Counted from the first letter of the stretch, positions 1 through 9,590 are shown. The stretch is 64,000 bases of DNA from an uncultured Actinomycetota bacterium (GCA_963743915.1 CAVURN010000003.1:480001-544000); one strand, 5' to 3'. Made by a program: numbers and translations. Notes: generated by a model not told the origin, from the letters alone.

Positions 1-203
1 AGGTGAACCGCTCCTCCGACACGTGGTGGCTCGAGGTCGATGATGTCGTCGACCGCGCGATGGAGGACCTGCGGCGCGGCAAGGTGATCTCGGTGACGGG
101 ACGCGCCTACCGCGCGATGGTGGCGGGCACCCATCTGGTGCCGCGGGACGCGCTGCGGCGGATGGAGCGGCTGCGCCGCTCCCGCATCGCGGACCGCCTC
201 TGA
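1..203 (+). CDS. C-terminal part of a probable short-chain dehydrogenase/reductase (runs off the window edge)
   Basis: Tail WLEVDDVVDRAMEDLRRGKVISVTG resembles the C-terminus of actinobacterial SDRs; no catalytic motifs visible in the window. Confidence 0.5.
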   Translation, partial: VNRSSDTWWLEVDDVVDRAMEDLRRGKVISVTGRAYRAMVAGTHLVPRDALRRMERLRRSRIADRL

Positions 204-205
204 CC

Positions 206-922
206 TCAGAGCTCGGCGATGAGCGCTGTGATCTCCTTGGCGAGCTCGGTCGGATGCGTCATCGCCCAGAAGTGGTGCGCGTCCACCCGTCGGACGGACC
301 ACCCACGAAGTTCGGCTGCGTGGGCGGCACCGTCGTACGGCGACGACAGCCTCAGGTAGCCACAGGGGGCGTCGGGCCAGTCCTCCGGGATGGGGAGCGG
401 CTCGGTGAAGAAGTCCAGGCCACGGGGTCGGAGCCCGGCGAGCAGCAGCGCGCGGTCGCCCGGATCGGCGACCATCTCGGCGAGGTCGAGGTCGGTCCAC
501 TCAGGGAACCGGCCACCGTCGGAGAGGTGCTGGGCGAGCTGTGCGGTGAACACCGGATCGTCGAGCTCGAGCAGGTCCATGCGCGTGGCGGCGCGCATGG
601 TCCGGGGCAGCATCGCGTCCAGGAACACGTAGCCGGTCACCGGCGTCCCGGACGACTGTCGGGCGAACGCGATCTGTGGCAGCAGGGGACCGGCGCCGCT
701 GTGACCCACGAGCAGGAGCGGCTCTCCGGGGGCGTCGAGCTGAAGCTGCTGGCTGGCACGGGCGATGAAGTGGGACGCGTAGGGCGGTTCGTCGTCGTCG
801 ACCACTTCGGGGACTGCCACCGTGTGGCCGAGCCCGCGCAGGACGTCGGGCAGGACCCCCCAGGCCGCAGCCGACGTCAGGGGCGAGTGGATGAGGGCGA
901 GCGTCGTGGCCATGCCCGCCAT
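206..922 (-). CDS. Alpha/beta fold hydrolase
   Basis: LVGHSGAG nucleophile elbow, N-terminal LIHSPL, C-terminal His. Confidence 0.8.
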   Translation of the reverse strand: MAGMATTLALIHSPLTSAAAWGVLPDVLRGLGHTVAVPEVVDDDEPPYASHFIARASQQLQLDAPGEPLLLVGHSGAGPLLPQIAFARQSSGTPVTGYVFLDAMLPRTMRAATRMDLLELDDPVFTAQLAQHLSDGGRFPEWTDLDLAEMVADPGDRALLLAGLRPRGLDFFTEPLPIPEDWPDAPCGYLRLSSPYDGAAHAAELRGWSVRRVDAHHFWAMTHPTELAKEITALIAEL

Positions 923-925
923 TCT

Positions 926-983
926 CTACGCCAGACCGCCACAGTCACGTCGTAGGACGGGGCATCGTGGCGCCCTGGCGTAG
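926..983. repeat. 58-bp palindromic repeat family 1, copy A
   Basis: CTACGCCAGACCGCCAC...GTGGCGCCCTGGCGTAG; matches copies at 6450, 7506, 7941, 24565, 38608. Confidence 0.9.
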
Positions 984-995
984 GAGCTGCGGTCG

Positions 996-2014
996 TCAGC
1001 TGACGTCACGCCGTGTGAAGGACCACGCGGCGGGCAGGCTGAGCAGTGCGGTGTAGACCATCAGGGTCACGAACGACCGGAGGTTGGTCAGGTCGACGCT
1101 CGTCGGCTCCTGGTAGGGGCCCTTCACCGCGCCCGGAACCTCCAGGCCTCCGGGGAACAGGAACGCGACGGCGTTGGTGCTGAGCATGAAGGGTTCGCTG
1201 CCGTGGCGCATGAAGGCGAACCTGATGCCGTTCTCGAGGACGACGAAGTACACGAAGGCGACACCCAGGGACGCCCCCGTGTTGCGCACGAGCATGGCTA
1301 TCGCGTAGCCGATGGTCGCCGCTGCGGCGACCAGCACGAGGCCGCGAACACCCATGAGGAGCATGGTCTGAGTCAGGGTGTCGCGCAGCTCGTCGACCGG
1401 CGCGAACTGCTGGTCCCACGTGCCGCGCAGGTTGGCGGTGACGACGCCGAATCCGACCGCGATCGCCATGGCAAGGGTGGCCAGCAGAGCGGTCGAGAGC
1501 ATGAGGCCCAGCCACTTGATGGTCAGCAGACGCAACCGCCGGGGCTCGAAGAGCAGCTGCAGGGTCATCGACCGCGACGACCACTCGGCGCCGCCGCTGC
1601 TCGCACCGATGAGGAAGGCGACACCCGCGGAGGCGATGGCCGCCCCGATCAGAGCAACGGGCAGCGCCTCGTACGCCTTGTAGCGGTCGTCCTGTCCCCA
1701 ATCGAACCGCCCCAGCGGCTGGGTTGCGGGTTCGCGCCCACAGAACTGCTCCACGTTGTCCGGGTCAGCCGCTCCGTCGGCGCACTCGAGCCAGTAGCGC
1801 TGTTGCTCCGCCCGGTTCGCCTCGAGCCGCTCCGGGGTGCTGCCGACCTGCTTGCTGTGCGAAAGAAGACGAAGGTGCTGATCACCGCGATGCCGCCGAG
1901 CAGGATCAGTGCCATGACCCGGGCGAAGCGACGGTGGGTCAGCCGGGAGATCTCCGAGCGGAGCAGCGGGAGGGCGTGGTGGGTGGGGCGACGCTCGAGG
2001 ACAGGGATGCTCAT
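996..2014 (-). CDS. ABC-2 type transporter permease (frameshifted in this sequence)
   Basis: N-terminus LLRSEISRL in ORF 1649..2086; TM-rich C-terminus ending FTRRDVS in ORF 996..1754; start overlaps the ATPase stop. Confidence 0.8.
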
Positions 2015-2933
2015 GACTCCTCCGTCTCGTCGGCCGTGATCGCCAGGAACGCCTGTTCCAGGTCGACCTGCTGCGGCATCAGCCACGAGGGGTACAGCTG
2101 TGCCTCGGCGAGCGCTCGGGCCACGACCGCACCGTCCTCGACCCGGTCCACCAGGATGCGGCCGTCCTGGAGGTGAGCCGAGAAGCCGGCCGCGGCGAGC
2201 ACCTCGAGCGCGCGCGGGGCGTCCGTGATCCCGACGGCGAGCGCGCCGGTCGACTGTGACTGCAGCACCTCGTCGACGGGTCCCGCCGTGACGACCCGCC
2301 CGTGGTTGATGATCGTGACGGTGTCGCAGATCTGCTGCACCTCCCCGAGCAGGTGGGAGGAGAGCAGCACCGTCACCCCGGAGTCGCCGAGAGTTCGGAG
2401 CAGCTGCCGCACCTCACGCATGCCGGCTGGGTCGAGGCCGTTGCTCGGTTCGTCGAGGATCAGCACCGAAGGCTGCTTGAGCAGCGCCGCGGCGATGCCG
2501 AGCCGCTGTCGCATGCCGAGGGAGTAGCCCTTCACACGTTCGTCGGCAGCGTCGGTGAGCTGCACGACGTCGAGGACGGCGTTGACCTGGGTGACGTGGG
2601 GATCTCCGCCGCGGTCGCGAGCAGCTGCAGGTTGAGGCGTCCGGTGAAGGGTGGGAAGAACGCCGGGCTCTCGAGCAGCACACCGATGTCACCGACGACG
2701 TCCGGAAGCGACGACGGGACCGGCTGTCCCAGCACCTGCATGTCGCCCGCGTCGGCGCGCGCGAGCCCGAGCAGGCAGCGCAGCATCGTGGTCTTGCCCG
2801 AGCCGTTGGGCCCGAGGAAGCCGTGCACCCCGCCCTCGGTGACCACCAGGTCGAGCCCGTCGAGTGCGGCCTTGGGGGGCTTGCCTCGTCGACGGTAGGT
2901 CTTGCGCACGTCGGTGGCTTCGATGACTGGCAT
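2011..2933 (-). CDS. ABC transporter ATP-binding protein (frameshift near 2590)
   Basis: Walker A GPNGSGKT in ORF 2532..2933; signature YSLGMRQR and Walker B LILDEP in ORF 2011..2565. Confidence 0.88.
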
Positions 2934-3102
2934 GGCGGTCTGTCTACACCAGTGATCGGCCCCCAGAGCCCCGTGAAACAGAAGTTCAGGGACGGATCAG
3001 GGACCTTTCGGGGTCTTGCGTTGACGGCTTCGCGGCGGGAACATACCCAGCACGGATATTGTTTTAACATTCAAGTAATTGTGCCGCTCCTCAGGAGAAC
3101 CG

Positions 3103-3876
3103 ATGTCTGCCGCCATGCCCGCCCTGTACCTCTCGCACGGTGCTCCCCCGCTGCTCGAGCACGAGACGTGGGGTCAGCAGCTCGCCGGATGGTCTGCGGC
3201 CCTGCCGCGGCCCTCGGCGATCCTCATCCTGTCCGCGCACTGGGAGGCCGCACCGATCGGGCTGTCCGCGGTCGAGCCCACCGAGCTCGTCTACGACTTC
3301 TACGGGTTCCCCCTCGAGTACTACCGCCTCGAGTACCAGGCACCGGGTGCCCCGGAGCTCGGCGCACGCGTGCAGGCCATGCTCACTGGGCACGAGGTCG
3401 TGCAGTCCACCCGCCGCGGACTCGACCACGGGGCGTACATCCCGTTGATGCGCATGTACCCCGAGGCCGACGTCCCGGTGTTGCAGATGTCGCTCCCGAC
3501 GCAGGACCCGGAGCGTCTGGTCGAGATCGGACGCCGACTTGCGCCGCTTCGCGACGAGGGGGTGCTCATCATCGGCTCCGGGTTCATGACGCACGGTCTG
3601 CCGTACATCTCGATGGCGGACACCGAAGCCGCGCCGCCGGAGTGGTCGGTGGAGTTCGACGCCTGGGCGGACGAGTCGGTGCGCGACGGTGCCCTCGACC
3701 GCCTGCTCGACTTCCGGAGTCAGGCTCCGGCCGTGCGCTACGCGCACCCCACCGTCGACCACTTCACCCCGCTCTTCGTCGCCATCGGCGCCGCGGGTGG
3801 TCTCGACGGTTCGGTCGAGAGCACCATCGACGGCTACTGGTACGGACTGAGCAAGCGCAGCTACACCTTCAACTGA
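3103..3876 (+). CDS. DODA-type/LigB-family extradiol ring-cleavage dioxygenase
   Basis: YLSHGAP, SAHW, RGLDHG, GSGFMTH and HPTVDHF motifs; AGGAG RBS before ATG 3103. Confidence 0.88.
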   Translation: MSAAMPALYLSHGAPPLLEHETWGQQLAGWSAALPRPSAILILSAHWEAAPIGLSAVEPTELVYDFYGFPLEYYRLEYQAPGAPELGARVQAMLTGHEVVQSTRRGLDHGAYIPLMRMYPEADVPVLQMSLPTQDPERLVEIGRRLAPLRDEGVLIIGSGFMTHGLPYISMADTEAAPPEWSVEFDAWADESVRDGALDRLLDFRSQAPAVRYAHPTVDHFTPLFVAIGAAGGLDGSVESTIDGYWYGLSKRSYTFN

Positions 3877-3904
3877 GCACACTCGGACTTTGTAGGGTGG
3901 CGGC

Positions 3905-4441
3905 GTGACCGCGCGCGACGAGCTGCTGACCCAGATCAAGGACAAGGCCGTTGTGCACGGCCGCGTCACCCTGTCGTCGGGCCGTGAGGCTGACTACTAC
4001 GTCGACCTGCGCCGTGTGACGCTCGACGGGCAGGCGTCCCCGCTGGTCGGCTCGGTGCTGCTCGACCTCACTGCCGACCTCGACTACGACGCGGTCGGCG
4101 GGCTGACGTTGGGCGCAGACCCGGTCGCCACGGCCATGCTGCACGCGGCCGCCGCCAGGGGACGCCGGCTTGATGCGTTCGTCGTCCGCAAGTCCGAGAA
4201 GCAGCATGGTCTGCAACGCCGGATCGAGGGCCCGGACGTCGCGGGACGCCGCGTGCTCGCCGTCGAGGACACCTCCACCACCGGCGGCTCCGTCATGACG
4301 GCGGTCGACGCGCTGCGCGACGCCGGCGCAGAGGTGGTTGCGTGCGTGGTGATCGTCGACCGCGGCGCACGCGCTGCCGTCGAGGCTGCGGGCCTCCCGT
4401 ACCTGGCTGCCTACGAGATGTCCGACCTCGGGTTGGAGTAA
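3905..4441 (+). CDS. pyrE: Orotate phosphoribosyltransferase
   Basis: TLSSG...YYVDLR, VRKSEKQHG and PRPP-binding VEDTSTTGGS. Confidence 0.95.
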   Translation: MTARDELLTQIKDKAVVHGRVTLSSGREADYYVDLRRVTLDGQASPLVGSVLLDLTADLDYDAVGGLTLGADPVATAMLHAAAARGRRLDAFVVRKSEKQHGLQRRIEGPDVAGRRVLAVEDTSTTGGSVMTAVDALRDAGAEVVACVVIVDRGARAAVEAAGLPYLAAYEMSDLGLE

Positions 4442-4528
4442 CGGGTGTTCGCCCCGCAACGGGCTGCGGGGCTACGATCACGGCGACAGGGGTAGTCGTC
4501 ACCCTTCTCGACGCTGGGAGCGTTCACC

Positions 4529-5086
4529 ATGTGGGTCTGGATCGTGCTCATCGTGCTCGTGGTCCTGGTGGGCCTGTGGGCCGTGGCGCAGTACAACGGC
4601 TTCGTCAAGCTGCGCAACATCGTCGAGGAGTCCTGGAAGCAGATCGACGTCGAGCTGCACCGTCGCTACGACCTGATCCCCAACTTGGTCGAGACGGTCA
4701 AGGGATACGCGGCCCACGAGCGTCAGACCTTCGAGAACGTCACGGCCGCGCGGGCAGCCGCCGTGTCCCCGGGTGCCGGGCCCGCCGAGCAGGCGGTGCA
4801 GGAGAACATGCTGACCGCCGCGCTCCGTCAGCTGCTGGCGGTCGCGGAGGCGTACCCCGACCTGAAGGCGAACACCAACTTCCTCGAGCTGCAGAACCAG
4901 CTGACCCAGACCGAGGACCGCATCGCGGCCGGTCGCCGCTTCTACAACGCCAACGTCCGGAACTTCAACACCAAGGTCCAGACGTTCCCGCCGAACCTCA
5001 TCGCCCGGATGTTCGGCTTCACCGAGAAGGAGTACTTCGAGGCCGAGGACCCGACGGTCCGCGCGGCTCCTGAGGTGCGCTTCTAG
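4529..5086 (+). CDS. lemA: LemA family protein
   Basis: N-terminal TM, RRYDLIPNLVETVKGYA, EAYPDLKAN, RRFYNANV. Confidence 0.93.
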   Translation: MWVWIVLIVLVVLVGLWAVAQYNGFVKLRNIVEESWKQIDVELHRRYDLIPNLVETVKGYAAHERQTFENVTAARAAAVSPGAGPAEQAVQENMLTAALRQLLAVAEAYPDLKANTNFLELQNQLTQTEDRIAAGRRFYNANVRNFNTKVQTFPPNLIARMFGFTEKEYFEAEDPTVRAAPEVRF

Positions 5087-5095
5087 AGGGACAGG

Positions 5096-5794
5096 TCAGC
5101 CGACGTCAGGTGCGGGGTCGGCGGCGTCCGCCTGACCGGTCCGGCGCTTGTGCCGGAAGAGCTCGAAGAAGATCGGCACGATCGACAGCACCACCACCGC
5201 GATCAGGATCACCTCGATGTTGTTGGCGACGAACTCGACATTGCCGAGGAAGTAGCCGAGCAAGGTGACGCCGGTGGCCCAGATGATTCCGCCGATCGTG
5301 CTGTAGATGACGTAGGTGCGGTAGTCCATGCGCCCGACCCCGGCCATCACCGTGATGAAGGTGCGCACGATGGGAAGGAACCGTGCCAGGACGATGGCGC
5401 GGGGGCCGTAGTGGTCGAAGAAGTGCTGAGTGCGGTCGACATACTCCTGGCGGAAGAGCCGGGAGTCCGGCCGTCGGAAGATGGTGGGCCCGGCCTTGTA
5501 GCCGATCCAGTAGCCGACGATGTTCCCGACGACCGCGGCGATGGTGAACAGCAGGCAGACCAGGGCGATGGGTGTGTCGATGAAGCCGCTGGCCACGAGC
5601 AGCCCGGCGACGAAGAGCAGCGAGTCGCCCGGCAGGAAGAACCCGATGAGCAGTCCGCACTCGGCGAAGATGATGGCGATCACGCCGACGAGCGCCCACG
5701 ATCCGAGCGACTCGATGATCTTCTCGGGGTCGAGCCAGTCCGGGCCGAGCAGCAGGGCGGCCAGCAGACCGGGGAAGTGACTCACAGCGGACAA
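5096..5794 (-). CDS. DedA/VTT family membrane protein
   Basis: FAECGLLIGFFLPGDSLL and ARFLPIVRTF motifs. Confidence 0.92.
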   Translation of the reverse strand: MSAVSHFPGLLAALLLGPDWLDPEKIIESLGSWALVGVIAIIFAECGLLIGFFLPGDSLLFVAGLLVASGFIDTPIALVCLLFTIAAVVGNIVGYWIGYKAGPTIFRRPDSRLFRQEYVDRTQHFFDHYGPRAIVLARFLPIVRTFITVMAGVGRMDYRTYVIYSTIGGIIWATGVTLLGYFLGNVEFVANNIEVILIAVVVLSIVPIFFELFRHKRRTGQADAADPAPDVG

Positions 5795-5823
5795 GGGTAA
5801 CGAGGCGTCTAGGCTCCCGCGGC

Positions 5824-6435
5824 ATGGACGTCGTCGGCGTGGGGCCTCATCCGCATCCGTGGCCGGACGACGCGCGCCTGGATCCTGAGCTGCTCGCGTC
5901 CGGTGACCGACGCAATGTGGTGGACCGCTACCGGTACTGGCGCCGGGAGGCGATCATTGCGGACCTCGACCAGCGGCGACACGGATTCCACGTCGCGATC
6001 GAGAACTGGGAGCACGACTTCAACATCGGCAGCGTGGTGCGAACCGCCAATGCGTTTCTGGCTGCCGAGGTGCACATCGTCGGACGCCGGCGGTGGAACC
6101 GACGCGGTGCGATGGTGACCGACCGCTACCAGCACGTCCGCCACCACGACGACGTCGAGTCGCTGGTCGGCTGGGCGTCCGAGGAAGGGGTGCCGTTGCT
6201 CGGCATCGACAACCTGCCGGGCTCGGTCCCGCTGGAGACCTACCGGCTGCCCGAGCGTTGCGTGCTCGTGTTCGGCCAGGAAGGCCCGGGGCTGTCCGAG
6301 GCCGCGCGTGCGGCGTCCGAGGCGACGTTGTCGATCGCTCAGTACGGGTCGACCCGGTCGATCAACGCGGGAGCGGCCGCGGCCATCGCGATGCACGCCT
6401 GGATCCGCCAGCACGCGGACCCGCCGGCCCCCTGA
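5824..6435 (+). CDS. TrmH/SpoU family RNA methyltransferase
   Basis: HDFNIGSVVRTANAF, FGQEGPGLS, STRSINAGAA SPOUT motifs. Confidence 0.9.
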   Translation: MDVVGVGPHPHPWPDDARLDPELLASGDRRNVVDRYRYWRREAIIADLDQRRHGFHVAIENWEHDFNIGSVVRTANAFLAAEVHIVGRRRWNRRGAMVTDRYQHVRHHDDVESLVGWASEEGVPLLGIDNLPGSVPLETYRLPERCVLVFGQEGPGLSEAARAASEATLSIAQYGSTRSINAGAAAAIAMHAWIRQHADPPAP

Positions 6436-6449
6436 CGTCGCACCATTTT

Positions 6450-6507
6450 CTACGCCAGACCGCCATGGTCACGCCGCAGGACGGGTAATCGTGGCGCCCT
6501 GGCGTTG
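6450..6507. repeat. 58-bp palindromic repeat family 1, copy B (4 bp beyond the AbiEi/DUF559 stop)
   Basis: CTACGCCAGACCGCCATGGTCACGCCGCAGGACGGGTAATCGTGGCGCCCTGGCGTTG. Confidence 0.92.
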
Positions 6508-6511
6508 GGAT

Positions 6512-7453
6512 CTAGGCTGGACGGCGCCGCCTCGCGCGGTCGAAGGCAGCCGCCAGGCGGTTGGCAAGGTTCTGACGGTCGCGCACGAGATCGGTCCAGA
6601 CGATGCGGACCACCTCGAAGCCGAGATCTCGCAGCCGGTCCTCGCGCTTCTTCTCCTCGAAGACCGTCGTGCCCTTCCCGTACTTGACCTCGCCGTCGAA
6701 CTCAGCAATCACACCGAGCTCGACCCACACGAAGTCGACACGTCCGATGAAGCCGCGGTCGTCGAAGAAGTCTTGCTGCTGGCCAGGATCGGGTAGACCG
6801 AGCTCGGCGAAGACGACCCGGCTCAGCGACTCACCAGGACTCTCTGACTTTGCCGTCGAGAAGTGGAGGACTCGTTCCACTCGGCGTCTCTGGCGTCGCG
6901 GCAGCACCGCGAAGGCGTCCCACAGATCCGTCTCGTCGACCAGCCGCTGGGAGAGCGCCGACTCGCACGTCACGACGGCGTCGGGGAAGTCGAGGGTGGC
7001 GGCGCAGTCGACCACGGTGCGGGCGGGTGCGGTCACCGCCAGTGCACCGTCGAAGGTTCGGAATCGAGCAGGCAGCGGCAGCTCGTGCACGCGCAACCCG
7101 CGGTAGTGACGCGGTGGACCCTCAGGGCGGGTGGTGTGGACCACCCCGCCCGGCGAGGTGAGCAACGCGATGCCCTGCAGCGCCGCAGCGCTCGGGTGGC
7201 TGATGAAGGCTCCGGGTTCGAGGGCGAGGATGCCCGCAGCCGCAAGCAGGCAATGGAAGGTGACGGCGTCGGTGCGGGCCGTGGCAACCGTCTCGGCCTC
7301 GGCGTAGACACCGCGTCGGAGGGACCTCCAACGACCGGCCCGAACCTGAGCGCGCACCTCGTCGTCGCTGTAGCCGGCGTCCTGTGCCTGGCGCGCGGTG
7401 AAAACCCCGAGCTGAACGGACGCGGTGGCGTCCAGGTGTGGATTCATCGGCAC
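6512..7453 (-). CDS. AbiEi-type winged-helix domain protein with C-terminal DUF559/Vsr-like PD-(D/E)xK nuclease fold
   Basis: N-terminal QLGVFTARQA...GRWRSLRRGVY; central SHPSAAALQG and TAPARTVVDCA; C-terminal ESPGES...GRVDF...EFDG...REDRLRDLGFEVVR. Confidence 0.8.
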   Translation of the reverse strand: MPMNPHLDATASVQLGVFTARQAQDAGYSDDEVRAQVRAGRWRSLRRGVYAEAETVATARTDAVTFHCLLAAAGILALEPGAFISHPSAAALQGIALLTSPGGVVHTTRPEGPPRHYRGLRVHELPLPARFRTFDGALAVTAPARTVVDCAATLDFPDAVVTCESALSQRLVDETDLWDAFAVLPRRQRRRVERVLHFSTAKSESPGESLSRVVFAELGLPDPGQQQDFFDDRGFIGRVDFVWVELGVIAEFDGEVKYGKGTTVFEEKKREDRLRDLGFEVVRIVWTDLVRDRQNLANRLAAAFDRARRRRPA

Positions 7454-7485
7454 AGGGTGGCGCAGTCGTGCGACGCGTGCCGGAC

Positions 7486-7494
7486 TTGTCCACA
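7486..7494 (+). promoter_or_regulatory. Perfect actinobacterial DnaA-box sequence upstream of the AbiEi/DUF559 gene
   Basis: TTGTCCACA between the gene start (7453) and repeat copy C (7506); function is inferred. Confidence 0.45.
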
Positions 7495-7505
7495 GCCCCC
7501 GAATT

Positions 7506-7563
7506 CAACGCCAGAGCGCCACGATTACCCGTCCTGCGGCGAGACCATGGCGCCCTGGCGTAG
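7506..7563. repeat. 58-bp palindromic repeat family 1, copy C (inverted relative to A and B)
   Basis: CAACGCCAGAGCGCCACGATTACCCGTCCTGCGGCGAGACCATGGCGCCCTGGCGTAG is a near reverse complement of copy B. Confidence 0.92.
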
Positions 7564-7569
7564 AAACGG

Positions 7570-7875
7570 TCATGGTGCGGTTCCCCAGCCGGGCCACGAC
7601 CAGGGCTCGAGCTCGGTGAAGTCGAAGGTCTCGGTGGCGGTGAAGACGTAACGCCGTACGGGTGCCGCGGTGTCCTCGGTGAGATAGGGGCTGCTGCCGT
7701 CATCCGGCATGTCGTGCGTCGTGCTGCCGCCGCCAGCACGCTTGATCGTCACCGAGAGGTCCAGGACCGGAAGCTTGAGCTCGGGCTCGTTCACGAATGA
7801 TCGCGCAATGAGCAGGTTCCCCTGCACGTCGTCGCTCCTGCTTCCCGTGACGGGAGCAGGGCACCCCGCCCCCAC
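7570..7875 (-). CDS. Hypothetical ORF or gene fragment between repeat copies C and D
   Basis: 101-aa ORF with no recognisable motif and uncertain start. Confidence 0.3.
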   Translation of the reverse strand: MGAGCPAPVTGSRSDDVQGNLLIARSFVNEPELKLPVLDLSVTIKRAGGGSTTHDMPDDGSSPYLTEDTAAPVRRYVFTATETFDFTELEPWSWPGWGTAP

Positions 7876-7940
7876 GAAGCCAAGAGCCGCGACATCTGCG
7901 CCAGGCGACCCGGAAAAGGTTGCCCCAGCTCCCCCATCTT

Positions 7941-7998
7941 CTACGCCAGAGCGCCACGATTACCTGTCCTGCGGCGCGACCGTGGCGGTCTGGCGTAG
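7941..7998. repeat. 58-bp palindromic repeat family 1, copy D
   Basis: CTACGCCAGAGCGCCACGATTACCTGTCCTGCGGCGCGACCGTGGCGGTCTGGCGTAG; same orientation as C. Confidence 0.92.
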
Positions 7999-8007
7999 AA
8001 AGGGGGC

Positions 8008-8430
8008 GTGACTGCGAACCTGCCCCCGAACCTGCTGGGCGAACCGCCCGCGACCCTGCTGCCCGAGAACGAGGTCGCCCGCGCCGCACTGGACGCCGGC
8101 ACCTCACCCCGCGAGGTGGCGGCCGCGCACCCCGACTACGCGCTGGCGTGGGCACTGCTCGCCGAGGGCGCACTCGCCGACGGCGAGGCGGTCGCCGCCT
8201 ACGCCTACGCGCGCACGGGTTACCACCGGAGCCTGGACCAGCTGCGACGCAACGGCTGGAAGGGTCACGGTCCCGTGCCGTGGGAGCACGAAGCCAACCG
8301 AGGCTTCCTGCGCAGCCTCAACGCGCTGGGGAAGGCGGCCGCCATCATCGGTGAGGACGACGAGGCGGACCGCTGTGCGCAGTTCCTGCGCGACTCCAGT
8401 CCCACCGCCGCCGAGGCGCTCGCCTCATGA
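8008..8430 (+). CDS. DUF3151 family protein
   Basis: AYAYARTGYHRSLDQLRRNGWKGHGPVPWEHEANRGFLR motif typical of this actinobacterial family. Confidence 0.88.
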   Translation: MTANLPPNLLGEPPATLLPENEVARAALDAGTSPREVAAAHPDYALAWALLAEGALADGEAVAAYAYARTGYHRSLDQLRRNGWKGHGPVPWEHEANRGFLRSLNALGKAAAIIGEDDEADRCAQFLRDSSPTAAEALAS

Positions 8431-9590
8431 GCGACACCTCCGGCGCCGATCGGTTGCGACGACGCCTCGAGGCGCTGCTCGGCATCCCGATGACCGAAGG
8501 CAACGCGGTGGACGTCTACCGCAACGGTGACGAGATCTTCCCGGCCATGCTGGACGCCATCCGGAGCGCCGAGCGAACCGTCGACCTGACGACCTACGTG
8601 TACTGGAGCGGGGACATCGCGCGTGAGTTCGCCGATGCGCTGGCCGAGACTGCAGCCCGCGGTGTTCGGGTACGCGTGCTGATCGATGCTGTCGGCGGCT
8701 TCAAGATCGAGGACGGCCTGGTCGACCGCATGACCCGGGGCGGCGTCCACCTGCAGTGGTTCCGCAAGCCCTGGGCGAAGTCTCCGTTCAAGCAGAACCA
8801 CCGGTGCCACCGCAAGGTGCTCGTGGTGGATGAAGCGGTCGCCTTCACCGGAGGCGTCGGGATCGCCGAGGAGTGGACCGGCAACGCCCGCAATGCGGAC
8901 GAATGGAGGGACACTCACGTGCGCGTCAGAGGCCCTGCCGTGGACGGCGTGGCCGCGGGGTTCTCCCAGAACTGGGCCGAGGGCGACGAGCCGATGTACG
9001 ACGACGCCGACCAGTTCCCCGAGCACGAGCAGTGTGGCGCGGCCACCATCCAGGTGGTCCGCGGGTCGGCGTCCATCGGCTGGGACGACATGCAGACGCT
9101 CTTCCATGTCGTCCTGTCCTCCGCCCAGGAACGGATCCGGCTCACCACCGCGTACTTCGCCCCGAGCCAGGACTTCATCGACCTGCTGATCGGCCAGGCG
9201 AAGAACGGCGTCCAGGTGCAGGTGATGCTGCCCGGACCCGGCGCGGACAAACGGGTGTGCCAGCTCGCGTCCGAGTCGACCTACGCCGAACTCGTCGACG
9301 GCGGCATCGAGGTGTGGAACTTCCAACCGTCGATGCTCCACGCCAAGATCATGACGATCGACGAGGAGCTCAGCGTCATCGGATCGTCCAACTTCAACCG
9401 GCGCAGCATGGACCACGACGAGGAGATCGCTCTCGCCATCCTCGACCGGGACGTGACCGCGACGCTCGACCTGCACTTCGACGACGACCTCAAGCGCAGC
9501 CGACCGATCGACCTGGAGCGCTGGCGGGCCCGCGGTCCTGCGCAACGCACGCTCGAGTCGGCGGTGCAGCCGATCCGGCGCTGGCTGTGA
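8427..9590 (+). CDS. Phospholipase D / cardiolipin synthase-like protein
   Basis: Two HKD motifs, HRKVLVVD and HAKIMTID, plus GSSNF. Confidence 0.9.
   Translation: MSDTSGADRLRRRLEALLGIPMTEGNAVDVYRNGDEIFPAMLDAIRSAERTVDLTTYVYWSGDIAREFADALAETAARGVRVRVLIDAVGGFKIEDGLVDRMTRGGVHLQWFRKPWAKSPFKQNHRCHRKVLVVDEAVAFTGGVGIAEEWTGNARNADEWRDTHVRVRGPAVDGVAAGFSQNWAEGDEPMYDDADQFPEHEQCGAATIQVVRGSASIGWDDMQTLFHVVLSSAQERIRLTTAYFAPSQDFIDLLIGQAKNGVQVQVMLPGPGADKRVCQLASESTYAELVDGGIEVWNFQPSMLHAKIMTIDEELSVIGSSNFNRRSMDHDEEIALAILDRDVTATLDLHFDDDLKRSRPIDLERWRARGPAQRTLESAVQPIRRWL

Noticed and set aside
6512-7453. Complete type IV AbiE toxin-antitoxin system
   Set aside because: No AbiEii nucleotidyltransferase gene is adjacent and the protein carries an extra nuclease-like domain
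6450-7998. Repeat copies as integron attC sites or CRISPR repeats
   Set aside because: No integron integrase or cas genes, orientations are mixed, and copies are dispersed over 38 kb
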